Below, in pieces: positions 26,471 to 38,512 of a stretch of 64,000 bases of DNA. The stretch comes from Mustelus asterias (taxonomy: Eukaryota), in contig NW_027590818.1 in assembly GCF_964213995.1 (NCBI RefSeq), positions 62,001-126,000 of the forward strand. Reading direction: 5' to 3'. The position numbers were made by a program, and so were the translations under genes. The notes below the pieces were generated by a model that was not told the origin of the DNA, searched no databases, and saw nothing but the letters and a program-made list of their open reading frames with translations. Positions within the stretch are counted from its first letter, which is position 1. Each line of letters opens with the position of its first letter.

Positions 26471-26746
26471 TTATCTGATCTCTATATGTGTCAGTCTTTG
26501 CAGGTGGCCGTGTGTGTACCTGTTTCCAAGATGCGGCAGTGCTGTCCACGGGAGGGCGCCCTCTGATCACTTATGAAATATCACGATCCCCTTCCAATGG
26601 AAGCGCCTGTTTGAAGATGTAAACATGGGGGGAGAGAGGGAGTCACCTTCGACCTCATAACATCCCACTGACTGTTTCAACTTCTCTAATTGCAGATCTG
26701 ATGCTGGCAGTGATGACTCCCTGTTTCTGGTGTTCAGACTCGAACC

Positions 26747-27250
26747 ATGGGGGTGAAACTCTTTCTTACTCTGATAACAGGTCTGTAATTTTGAACTTCT
26801 GCGTGAAATCTGCCAGTCACCATATTCATTCCCCATTTCCATCTCGAGGGGATTATTCCGTTGTTGTTACTCGTTCTAACCCGCTGCGTGTCTGTTGTCT
26901 ATTTTCAGACATGAGTAACGGTGACTCAGTGTCCCAGTCAGAACCAGGAGTTGAAGCATCAGAGGGTGAAGATTCAGCAATACCCGGCAGTTACTCGGTA
27001 CCGAGTACAGCTATACAACATTACCTGTTCTGGTATCGCCAGTATACACATCGAGCTCCTCATTAACTGCTCAGAGCCGCTAATTTACCGATACGGCTCC
27101 AGGTTTTGAACACTTCAGCAGGAATCTCAACCTGAAACAAAGCACTTTTCACTTGTCCATGAAAGATGAGAAGGTGACAGACAGCGCCGAGTATTACTGT
27201 GCACTGAGAGCCACAGTACATGAGGCTCCAGCGGGCCTCAGACAAAATCT
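26747..27250 (+). pseudogene. TCR alpha/delta V pseudogene (leader 26747-26780, V exon 26909-27211, 23-RSS 27212-27250)
   Basis: Leader MGVKLFLTLIT|GT in phase 1; V DSVSQSEP...LFWYRQY...DSAEYYCALR. First Cys is replaced by Gly, TAA at 27064, and a frameshift. RSS CACAGTA-23-ACAAAATCT. Confidence 0.9.
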
Positions 27251-27821
27251 GGCACAGGTCGATAATCAATGATTCATTGTCAGGACAACACATGGGGTTA
27301 AAACTCACAGAAAATCTACCCATAGTGAGCGTGACAATACAGCCCCGTCTGAGTGTTTTCCCTCACTGAGGTTACTGATTGTCAATGTTGAGAAATTTGA
27401 CATATTTTTACTCATATTAATAGCAGATCAAGTCCAATCGTTCCCCGACCCCATTCACACAAACCTGCAGATCACCCAGGAGAACAAGGCCATCAATCTG
27501 TACTTTAAATGTTCCAGATCAGTTAACTGTGTGACAGACCACACCTTTCAAAAGTGATCAAATATCAAAGGCAGACTCAGAGTTGTCACATGTTGAAGTC
27601 GCTGGGTTAGAATTATTGACTGCAACATGTGTACTTTATAAACAAAAGCCCCCAGTTGCAAACAGTCGAGGTAACAATATTGGGCGGATATTTTGCTGGA
27701 GCTTAAAGTCCACAAATGCTGATGCGGTGAGTTATTGAAACAATTTCGTCTTTCACTCGAGGTGTCAGAACTGCTTTGTAGAAAGCTAAACAATTTTTAC
27801 TTTGCTACCGGCTGACGTGCA

Positions 27822-27911
27822 GGCTCGTTGGTCTAGGGGTATGATTCTCGCTTAGGGTACCGCAGTCCATTAACGTGCGAGAGGTCCCGGGTTCAAATCC
27901 CGGACGAGCCC
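27822..27911 (+). tRNA. TRP-AGG: tRNA-Pro(AGG) with an 18-nt intron at 37/38 (27858-27875)
   Basis: Exons match the canonical vertebrate Pro-AGG. The insert TACCGCAGTCCATTAACG starts one base 3' of the anticodon. T5 terminator at 27929-27933. Confidence 0.9.
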
Positions 27912-28234
27912 ATGAGGGTATCTGTTTCTTTTTGACCAAGTCAGATATTGTGATTTGTTTCAGGTGCAAAAGGCGGGATGGCTTTCTGCTGACTGGCTCC
28001 GAAAAAGAGTCAAAGAGGCACAGAGATTTACAGCACGGAAAGAGCCCACTCAGACACCCACATGGCAGGCGCGGACAGCCATCATGTCCGCGCCTTCCAT
28101 GTGACATCTGGACGGGAAACACTAGTTCAGATTCTCACTCTACAGACAGTGCCAGAAATACTGACAAAACCCAGTATTTTCTGTTTTTATTTCAGATTTC
28201 GAAAGTCCGCAGTATGCTGCACTATATTAGACTT

Positions 28235-28860
28235 TATGTTTTGGGCTGACAAGTGGCAAGTAGCATTCGCTCCACACAAATGCCAGACAATGTCTATCAC
28301 CAATAAGAGAAAATCTAACCACCGCCTCTTGACAGTCAATAGTTTTTCCATCACTGAATCCCCCACTGTCAACATCCTTGCGGTTACCATTGACCAGAAA
28401 CTCAATTGGACTCGGCACATAAACAGTGGTCACAAGAGCAGGTCAGAAGCCAGTAATACTGCGGCGGATAACTCACCTCTTGCCTCCCCAGTGCCTGTCC
28501 ACCATCTACAAGGCACAAGTCAGGAGTGAGATGGAATATTCTCGAGTTGCCTGGATGGGTGCTGCTCCAACAACACTCAAGAAGCTTGACATCATCCAGG
28601 ACAAATCAGCCCACTTGATTGGCACCACATCCACAAGCATTCAATCCCACCACCACCAACGCTCAGGAGCAGCGATGTTTATCTAAAAGATACACAGCAG
28701 CAATTCACCAAAGATCCTTAGACAGCACCTTCGGAACCCACAACCACTTCCTTCCAGAAGGACAAGGGTAGTAGACACATGGGAATACCACCACCTGCAA
28801 GTTCTCCTCCAAGTCACTCACCATCCAGACTTGGAATTGTATTGCCATTCCTTCGCATGG
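28235..28860 (+). mobile_element. Old CR1/L2-group LINE 3' fragment
   Basis: WADKWQVAFAPHKCQTMSI...IYKAQVRSEMEYS...LDIIQDK. Related fragments at 31430-31900, 39290-39740 and 52840-53210. Confidence 0.75.
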
Positions 28861-28957
28861 CCTCATTCTGTGGTCTAATCATTTTCTGATTTAATGCGTA
28901 CCTCACTCTGAGGCCTGTGAACCGCAAAGTATTTTCTCATTGATCATTTCTCTCATC

Positions 28958-29710
28958 CCTCCCTCAATGTCAACAAAACGAAGGAGATTGTCATTGACTT
29001 CAGAAAGCGTAGAGGAGAATGTGCCCCTGTCTCCATCAAAGGGGACGAAGTAGAAAGGATCGAGAGCTTCAGGTTTTTCGGTGTCCAGATCACCAACAAC
29101 CTGTCCTTGCCCCCCATGCCGACACTATGGGGGGAAGAAAGCCCACCGACGCCTCTACTTTCTCAGAAGACTTAGGAAATTTGACATGTCAGCTACGACT
29201 GTCACCAAGTTTTACAGGTGCACCATAGAAAATAATCTTTCTCGTTGTATCACAGCGTGGTTTGGCTCCTGCTCTGCCCAAGACCGCAAGAAACTACAAA
29301 AGGTCGTGAATGTAGCCCAATCCATCACTCAAACCAGCCTCCCATTCATTGACTCTGACTACGCCTCCTGCTGCCTCGGCAACGCAGCCAGCATAATTAA
29401 GGACCCCACGCACCCCGGACATTCTCTCTTCCACCTCCTTCCTTCGGGAGAAAGATACAGAAGTCTGAGGTCACGTACCAACCGACTCAAGAACAGCTTT
29501 TTCCCTGTTGCCATCAGACGTTTGAATGGACTGAACTTGCATTATGTTGATCTTTCTCTACACCCTGACAATGACTGCAACACCACATTCTGCACTCTCC
29601 CGTTTCCTTCTCTATGAACGCTACGCTTTGTCTGTATAGCGTGCAAGAAAAAATGTTTTTCACTGTATACTAATACATGTGACAATAATAAATAAAACCA
29701 AATCAAATCA
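28958..29710 (+). mobile_element. Rex1/Babar-type LINE 3' fragment
   Basis: KKAHRRLYFLRRLRKF...RTNRLKNSFFP; AAATC tail; homologous to 23357-24100. Confidence 0.88.
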
Positions 29711-29754
29711 TTTCATTTCTCCTGACTTCCAGACTATTCCTGTTGTTATATTTC

Positions 29755-29951
29755 CTCCCTCCTGGGTCCAAAGATGTGCGGGTTAGGTTGATTGGCCATG
29801 CTAAAATTGCCCCTTAGTGTCCTGAGATGGGTAGGTTAGGAGGATTAGCGGGTAAATATGTGGGGATATGGGGGTAGGGCCTGGGTCGGATTGTGGTCGG
29901 TGCAGACTCGATGGGCCAAATGGCCTCTTTCTGCACTGTAGGCTTTCTATG
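29755..29951 (+). mobile_element. HE1-type SINE 3' part
   Basis: Core and tail match the other copies. Confidence 0.75.
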
Positions 29952-30157
29952 TTTCAATCGTTTCAAATTCCCACATTTTTCACCTTTCCCTGTTGTAATG
30001 TAAGGCTATGGACGTAAAAGATTAGCTTTGTTTCCCTGTCCACAAATTCTGCCTGAATTCCTAAATTTCTGCATCATCTTCCACCTTCGCTGCAGTTATC
30101 TGATCGGCTTTGAATGGCCATGAGAGCATCTTTTCTTTCAATCAGTGGCTGCTTATA

Positions 30158-30238
30158 GGCTCCTTGGTGTAGGGGTATGAATCGCATTTTGGTATGCCTT
30201 AACCACCGAGATCCCGAGTTGAAATCCGAGACGAGCCC
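30158..30238 (+). pseudogene. tRNA-Pro pseudogene with a probable intron remnant
   Basis: GGCTCCTTGGTGTAGGGGTATGA...GAGACGAGCCC; 81 nt, with extra bases ending TTAAC in the anticodon region. Confidence 0.7.
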
Positions 30239-30585
30239 TACTGTTTCGTCCTGTCCCATTTACATCAAAACATCGAAAACAGAAATAGGTCATTGGAACA
30301 TCAACTACCACTTATTGTTGTCATGCCTGATAATCAAATTCAATATCCGGATTCGCCATTTAGCCACAAAAGCTATATTAAATTTCTCTTGCTATCACAG
30401 GGTTTGGCCTCAACTACTTTCTGTGGGAGTGAACTCTGCAGATTCACCACTCTCTGGCTGAAGGAATTCTCATCACCTCAGCCGTTATCCTCAAACTATA
30501 ATCCCTAGTTCTGGACTCCCCACTAACGAGAACATTCTTCCGAATCCACCCTGTTTCATCTGGTCAGAATGTTATAAGGTTCCAT

Positions 30586-30905
30586 TAGAATCATAGAATC
30601 CGTACAGTACAGAAGGAGGCCAATTCGGCCCATCAAGTCTGTACTGACCACAATCCCATCCAGGCCCAACTCCTGTAACCCCATGCATTTACCCTGCTAA
30701 TCCCCCTGACACTAGGGCCAATTTAACACGGCCAATCAACCTTAGCCGCACATCTTTGGACAATGGGAGGAAACCGGAACACCCGTAGGAAACCCATGCA
30801 GATGCGGGGACAATGTGCAAACTCCACACAGACAGTGTCCCGAAGCCAGAATTGAACCTCGGACCCTGGCATTTTGAGGCAGCAGTGCTAACCACTGTGC
30901 CACCC
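30586..30905 (-). mobile_element. HE1-type SINE
   Basis: Head, core and tail as in the other copies. Confidence 0.85.
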
Positions 30906-32355
30906 AAAACATATCTGCCCAGAAATAGCCAGGATTAGTTGATTAGTTGGCAGGAAATGCATTTGTCAGTGTTGGACGCCTAAGTGTTAAAATAAGCTGG
31001 GACTCGAACACTCACTGGTTCAGAAGGCCGCTGCTTTTCCCAAAAGATCACTGGGACGATAGGTGAGCTACTGCTGCAGCTTTAAAAAGCTGCATATCTC
31101 CATCCACATAGACAGTGACTAATCCAGAAATCAGAACCAGGTCCCTGGCATTGTGACCCAGCAGAATTAACCACTGTGCCGCCCTCTCCCACAGAGATTC
31201 TATGAGCTGCTGATTTTGTTTATTTCTTGGCATTGCAGATTGAGGGATTGGTTCACATGGGGTTTGGTTTGAGAACCTGAGCACAAACTGTGGGGAATCT
31301 ATCAGCACAACACACTCGCTCGAAAATAAAGATATGTTCAACAGGATTGGCAATGTAACATTCATTTAATCCCCATTCACCTCTTCAGCTGACCCCATGA
31401 TTGCGGGTTCAGGGAGCTGGCTGGTTGTTTCTTTTTGTTCATGTGGGTGTCGCAGGCTAGATCAACATGTACTGCCCATCAGTATTTAGGCTTGAGAATG
31501 TGGTGGTGAGCTCCCTTCTTGAAACATTGCAGTCCATGTACAGGTACACCCACAGTGCTGTTAGGGAGGGAATTCCAGGAGTTTGTCCCAATAACAGTGA
31601 AGGAACGGCTATATATTCCCAAATCAGAATGCTGAGGAGACTTGAGGTGGTGTTGCCGATGTGGCGTTGGATGGGGGGGGGGGGGGGGAGGTGGGGTGGG
31701 GGGGGGGGGCTGCTGCCAGGTGGAAGCGGTCTTGGGTTTGGAAGATGCTGTCTCAGGTGCCTTTGGTGAATTCCTGCATCATGCAGACAAGTGAGGAATA
31801 TTCTATCGCACTCCTGATTTACGCCACGTAGATCGTGGACTGGTTTTTGGGGGTGAGGAGGTGAGATACTCCCGCACGATTCCCAGCCTCTGACCTGCTC
31901 TTTCAGCCACGGAACAAACTGATAAAATGTGTGCTGAGTCAAAATAGGTGTGCCTTCTTTCCTGCTCAGCTTGTCGTGAATTTTTAGCACTTCTGTGTTT
32001 TCCTGAATGTATTTTGAGGCTCAAATAAGAGCCGATGTCATATGATTGTAAGGTACTATGTTCAGGTAATGTTCAATAGTAGATTCACTGAGGGGAGGGT
32101 TACGGTTTCGAGTCCTGTTGTTGGCGCTGGACTGATAACGCAGAGAAGCAGGCTGAAGCTTTGGGCACTCAGGTTTCGAATTCCAACACAGCAGGTTAAC
32201 TCACTTCAAGGCAAAGTAGAATGACTGTAAGTGAGTATAGAAAACATTAATTATGCAACATTTCCTCACTAAAACGAATCTGTTTTGACCATGTGTCTCC
32301 CCGATTTTGAAGCCTCGCACCGATATGTAAACAATGCTGCATCTTGTGTTACTAT

Positions 32356-32424
32356 GGGCCAGTGGCGCAATGGATAACGCTTCTGGCTACAGATCCGAAG
32401 GTTCCACGTTCGCCTCATAGCTCG
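32356..32424 (+). pseudogene. tRNA-Arg(ACG)-derived pseudogene
   Basis: GGGCCAGTGGCGCAATGGATAACGC... matches the Arg-ACG 5' half; anticodon reads ACA and the 3' half is degenerate. Confidence 0.8.
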
Positions 32425-33443
32425 TTGTGATATATTAACAACAGTTCACCAACTCCATGTTAGTTCCGATGCAAAATGTATTTCCACTAATTTTAGACCA
32501 ATTCAGAGAAATATTGACCAAATCCAGCCTGCTTCTATGAAGAAATTTATCTTCGCTAATTATTTTCAGAAAAGTTTTACTGGTTTATGATGCTCGGATT
32601 GTTGTCCATTGAAACGAAGGAGATTGAGGGGAGATGTAATCGAGGTGGACTAGATTAGGGCAATTTCGAGGGGGAGGGGCAAATTTTAAGATATTGGGCA
32701 AGACGGGGGCGAAGAAGATTTGGAAGCAACATTTTTCCACAGCGAGTGCTCAGGACCTGGAACTCATTGCCTACGAGAGTGTTGGATGCTGTCAATTTAG
32801 GTAATAGTAATTCTGCGGCTGGACATGGACCTCCTGAGAAAGAGGATGGGTCTCCAGGAACATTCTGAGGCAGGTAGATGACATTGAATCTGGAAGATCA
32901 ACCTGTGGAAGCACATCCCTTCCCCGGTCCCCGCCCCCACACACTGCTGTGATGTTTGATAAGAACCCCGCTGATGTTCAATGCGAGGCATACCAAAATC
33001 AAAGAGGGTATTTTGGAACATTGGTACTTAGTTGTGTATATTATCAATTTCATATAACGTGAAAAAAGAATATGCAAAATATTCAGACTGTTACAGTCAT
33101 TGTTACAAGGACAACATTAACCATTGCCCCTCATTGCCACCACCTCAGAAGCTGTCTCGGCTAAAAAGCCAACATTGCGGTGAATTCTCGTTTCGGTCCC
33201 GCTGTGGGGAAAACAACTTCATTGATTCGCTGGCCCTGCTCTGACGTAATAAACTGGAGAACAAAGGGTCTGTGAGCTGATTGGATGAATTGGAGAACCA
33301 GGGAGATGACTGGTCGTCACCAGTTGACTTTTTTGGTAATTAACCAATGGCTGGAGAGACCGGATATATATGTAAATATCTTCACACAAACAATTACAGA
33401 TTGAACCCATTCTGTTTAATTCCGCAATAAACTCGCTGCAAAC

Positions 33444-33998
33444 ATGTCGGGTCTCATTTTGTATTCATTTTTCACAGTTTCAGCTCTCTTGACTGGTAAG
33501 TCTGCAAGGGACATAAGCTTCTTCTTACAAGCGATGTCGACAGTAATTTAATTCCGCTTTGATGCTGATGATAATGTGATTCGTGTTCTGATGTTATGAG
33601 TTACAGTAAAATGACAATAACATCTTAACTTTCAATATTTCTAAATATCTGCCGGTGTCACTGCAGCAGACTCCGTATCAGAGAAGCCAGCTACAGCGAT
33701 GAAGTTTGAATGGGACTCGGTGACCAAAAGGTTCAACTTCTCAGCAGCTGGTGCATATTACATTCAATTGTACCGCCAGCACCGAGAGAAGGCTCTCACC
33801 AAAAAGAACGGAGAAAGTCAGGGAGATATCAGGGAGATATTTCCAGTGCAGAGGGAGTGGGCACTCGACTTTCTTCATATATCGAGAGGTCGAAAAGCGA
33901 GGGGAATTTTACCATGTGTGAAATTCGGACAGCGCGGCGTATCACTGCGGAGTGACACACATTGTGACAGAAACCAGAGGGAGCCTGGTATTTAAAAT
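33444..33998 (+). pseudogene. TCR alpha/delta V pseudogene (leader 33444-33495, V exon ~33655-33959, degenerate RSS)
   Basis: Leader MSGLILYSFFTVSALLT|GTAAGT; V remnant DSVSEKP...IQLYRQH...DSAAYHC. Acceptor mutated, Cys23 and Trp41 lost, frameshifts. CRE-like TGACGTAA at 33242-33249. Confidence 0.78.
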
Positions 33999-35167
33999 AA
34001 AACACTGCCGCAGAGTGACAGGGTGAACGGAGCAGAGAATGGTAATAATATTGGGCTCTAAATAGAGCATGATTCAATCTGTGGTGCTTCTATACATATT
34101 CGGTATTGCTGATATTCACAACAGAGGAGGCGATGGCCTATTGGTATTATCTCTCGGCTATTAATCCAGAAACTAAGCTGATGTTGTGCGGACCTGGTTC
34201 AATGTAAGCAATATCTGCAATTAAGAATCTATTGATAACCATGGTGCCACTGTCGGTTGTCGGAAAAAACCAACTGGTTCACTTTGCTTTAGAGAAGGAA
34301 ATCTGCCGTCTTTACCCGGTCTGGCTGACATGTGACTCCAGAGCCACAGCAATGTAGTTGACTCTCAGCTAATGATGGGCAATAAATGCTGGCCAACCAG
34401 TGGCACCCATGTCTCACATACAGAAAAAGAGAATCAGTGGAATCGCGGCTGAAACTGTCCTGATAATAAGGCTCATGCACGGATTGAGGAAAAACAAGGA
34501 CAGAGATATTTAAATAAAAGCAAATTACTGCGGATGCTGGAATCTGAAACCAAAAGAGAAAATGCTGGAAAATCTCAGCCGCTATGGCAGCATCTGTAAG
34601 GAGAGAAAAGAGATGACGTTTCGAGTCCAGATGACCCTTTGTCAAAGCTTTGATAAAGCGTCGTCTGGACTCGAAACCACAGAACTATTTTGCCTTCCTT
34701 GCCTTCCGGGTCACAGTAAGAAAATAAGCGTTTTTTGTGGAATGTCATTAATTGAGCATGTTCAAAAAAATGAATAGCTTTATGGAGCCCTTTGGAATTA
34801 AGGGCTATGCAGATAGCGCTGAGATGTGGCGTTCAGGCTGAACAGCCCTGATCTAACTGAATGACGAAACAGAATCGAAGGACAGAATGGCCTACTGCCC
34901 TCCCCATGTTCCAATAGTCCATTTTTCTATATTATTCCCCAAATCAATCTTTAAATCCAGAGGTTCTCTGTCAGAATAGTGATTGTAATCCACCTCACAG
35001 TCTGTTTACTGTCTGTTATCTCACCACCTGGGTGTCACACAGCACCACGGGGGACAGAAGGGAAGGAGCTGAGAACATCCGGAAACAGGAAGCTGATTAT
35101 TGAAGACGGGGATTGGACCCAATAAATTCAAACACACAGCCCCCCTTTTACAGAGCGGACAGCGACA

Positions 35168-35627
35168 ATGTGGCTGCTCGGTGTGTGGGTAATGTGGGGA
35201 CCATTCCTAACAGGTAATTATGTGCAAAATACATTCCACCGTTTCTTACATTTCCCAAGCATGGCTCCAGACCAAACTTTTATCATACGCACGTCTGACC
35301 ATTTTCTGTTTTGTTATTTCCAGATCTGAGACATGGAGATTCTGTCACCCAGCCGCTCTCATCAGATGTTAAGAGAGAAGGCGAGATCGTGACTTTAACC
35401 TGTAGCTATCAAACCACTGAGAGCGATTATAGGCTGTCCTGGTACCGACAATATCCAGACACGCGTCCCATGTTTATAGTGCGGAAAGGTCCTGGTGGTT
35501 ATGAATATGAAGATGTTTATAAAAGTCGGTTCTACGTGGATCTCCAGGCCTCGAACAAATTCATCAGTTTAAATGTATTCGATCTGAGCCTGACTGATGC
35601 TGCCGCTTATTGCTGCACGTTCAGACG
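35168..35627 (+). CDS. TCR alpha/delta V gene segment, open frame (leader 35168-35213, V exon 35324-35627)
   Basis: MWLLGVWVMWGPFLT|D-LRHGDSVTQ...LTCSY...LSWYRQYP...DAAAYCCTFR; GT/AG phase-1 intron; ETS-like CCGGAAACAGGAAG upstream. Confidence 0.9.
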
Positions 35628-35666
35628 CACAATGATAGAAAGAAGGCCCACCTTCATGCAAAAACC
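35628..35666 (+). other. 23-bp-spacer RSS
   Basis: CACAATG-23-GCAAAAACC. Confidence 0.9.
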
Positions 35667-36981
35667 TGCTTACACTGGATAGATGAGCCCGTGACGATTG
35701 TGGATTGCTTCGGCTCATGGCCAGATGTTAAGTGAGTTTTCAACCGCTCAAACACATACAGAGGAAACCAAGTTAACCTCAGATGAAACTGGCACCAAAC
35801 TGTTACCAGCAGCAATGGAGAAAACAAACTGCAGAATCCAATCTGTCAGGCAGATCCAGCACAGAACCATACTCGACTCATTCTTCCAAAAGACAATCAT
35901 GCCACTTTTGTGGTCTTGCTGCACCAGTCGGTGGTGAGCTGGGAGACAGTGAATGGAAATACCTCAAGCTGCGACACATTCAATGTCCTGGTAGTGGGAA
36001 TGTTTCCATTGTTTGCGACCGCGGTTGGGAATACAAGCCTTATTTGTTAATTGGGGACAGTTCCCGAAACATTACAGACATTAAATCCACCATCATTGTA
36101 CTCACCAGCACATTCCAAAGCTATCTGTGTAGAAAACAATTCGCATTCAACTTCACACTAGTCATACAATCTACAGGTTACATCACAATAACAATAATAC
36201 AAATCAGGAAAGATTTGGCAGAAACATATTTTGAAAATATAATGAATACATTGAATCGCCAGTAAGAAGGCCATTTAATACTCACCGCCAACAGAGGGAG
36301 CTCATTCATCACGTTTTCATGACCACTGCAGCTAATCAACCAATAAATCGCATGGCACTGGGGAATGAGCACTCTCATTATTCTCATCATAAGTCACCAA
36401 TTCAGAAATCCGCAAACATCCTTGTAATCTGCACTACTTGTTAGGAGACCACAATATTTGTTTTGGACTCTGTAACATTAGTCAACTTCACTGATCTGTG
36501 CCCCAAATTTAAATTTATTTAAATGAACCAGTGGTCTTATGCTCCACAATCACAATTCAATTTAAATGATATTTCAGGATAAACCTTTCCCATATCAAAT
36601 TGTACTTTATATTGTTGATTTTTTACCTTCCTTGAATTTCTTCTTCCGTCTCAATCCTTGCTTCTCCCTTTGTCTATCTGCTTCTCTCACTGTATCTCCC
36701 CCTAACTCTCTCACTGACTTGTCATTGTCATTTTTTTCCTGTCCATTTCCCTCCCTATTATTCTGTGAATCCTACGCCCCTAAGTCCATCTCTCCTTATG
36801 TCAGGTGAACAATATCTATTTCCAACCAATGCAACAGCAGAGAGCACAAGTGACCTTCAATGGGTGCTGCTGACTTCATTTATCCGTTTCCTATTTACTA
36901 CTGCATCCTCATACTCTCTGATCATTATGAATTCACTGAATGAGACAAATAGAAAGACATTTATTGATTATCAGGCGCCAA

Positions 36982-37043
36982 GTATCTGGAGTATAGTGGT
37001 TGTCAGGTTCGCCTCCCACGCGGTTTGAAACTAGGCAGAAACA
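36982..37043 (+). pseudogene. tRNA-Val pseudogene (inverted copy of the Val duplicon)
   Basis: Val-like ends with an internal deletion. Downstream 37100-37300 and 38520-39250 are the reverse complement of the 21.3-23.2 kb flanks. Confidence 0.7.
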
Positions 37044-37303
37044 CTATTCGACATTTTTTGCTGAGCTTGAGCAACGTCTGCATGTTTTCATTTCGTTGCT
37101 AAAGATGATCCGAATCGTGATGTGGCATCCATATTATACTGGTGTCACCTCAGCCTCAAGTGCTTTAGGAAAATCAGAAATGCTGTATTTTAGAACGCAG
37201 TGGCAGGAAAGAATTGTTTGTATTGTTTGTACACATTCTCAACTCGTTCAGTCTACAACAGAAATTAATGGGTTTATAGATGCAGAATAACATGTTAATC
37301 GCC

Positions 37304-38512
37304 ATAGAATCAAAGAGTCACGGAGAGTCGTAGAGGTTTACAGCATGAAAACAGGCACTTCGGCCCAACTTGTCCATGGCGCCCCTTTTTTTAACTCCTA
37401 AGCTCGTCCCAATTGCCCGCGTTTGGCCCATATCCCTCAATACCCATCTTACCCATGTAACTGTCTGAATGCTTTTTGAATGACAAAATGGTTCTCTCCT
37501 CTTCTACTACCTCTGCCAGCTTGTTCCAGACACTCACCACCCTCTGTGTGAAAAAAAATACCCCTCTCGACCCTTTTGTATTTCTCCCCTCTCACTTTAA
37601 GCCTATGCCCTCTAGTTTTGGACTCCCCTACCTTTGGGAAAAGATATTAACTATCTCGGTGATCTATGCCCCTCAGTATTTTATAGACTGCTATAAGATC
37701 ACCCCTAAGCCTCCTACGTTCCAGAGAAAAAAAACCCAGTCTATCCAACCTCTCCTTATAACTAGAATCATAGAAACCCTACAGTGCAGAAAGAGGCCAT
37801 TTGGCCCATCGAGTCTGCACCGACCACAATCCCACCCAGGCCCTACCCCCATATATTTTACCTGCTAATCCCTCTAATCTACGCATTTTAGGACACTAAG
37901 GGGCAATTTTAGCATGGCCAATCAACCTAACCCGCACATCTTTGGACTGTGGGAGGAAACCGGAGCACCCGGAGGAAACCCACGCAGACAATGTGCAAAC
38001 TCCACACAGACAGTGACCCAAGCCAGGAATCGAACCCAGGTCCCTGGAGCTGTGAAGCAGCAGTGCTAACCACTGTGCTACCGTGCCGCCCCAACAAACC
38101 ATCAAGTCCCGATTGCATCCTAGTAAATCTTTTCAGCACTATGTCTAGTTTAATAATATCCGTTCTGTAATAGGGTAACCAGAACTGTGCACATTATTCC
38201 AAGTGTGGCCTTACCAATGTCTTGTACAACTTCAACAAGACATCCAAACTCCTGCATTCAACGTTCTGACCAAAGAAACCAAGCATGCCAAATGCCTTCT
38301 TCACCACTCTGTCCACCTCTGACTCCAATGTCATGGAGCTATGAACATGTACCCCTTGATCTCTTTGTTCTGTAACTCTCCCCAACGCCCTAACATTAAC
38401 TGAGTAAGTCATGCCCTGGTTCGGTCAACTAAAATGCATCAGCTGGAAATATCTGAATTAAACTTCATCTGCTATTCATCAGCCCATTGGCCCAATTGAT
38501 CAAGATCAAGCT
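37304..38512 (-). mobile_element. CR1/HER1 LINE 3' fragment with nested HE1 SINE (37763-38091)
   Basis: VDRVVKKAFGMLGF...LYKTLVRPHLE; the SINE interrupts LDGL|SYKERL. Confidence 0.88.

Noticed and set aside
31673-31709. Poly-G tract, potential G-quadruplex
   Set aside because: Simple-sequence expansion inside a decayed LINE; homopolymer length is unreliable.
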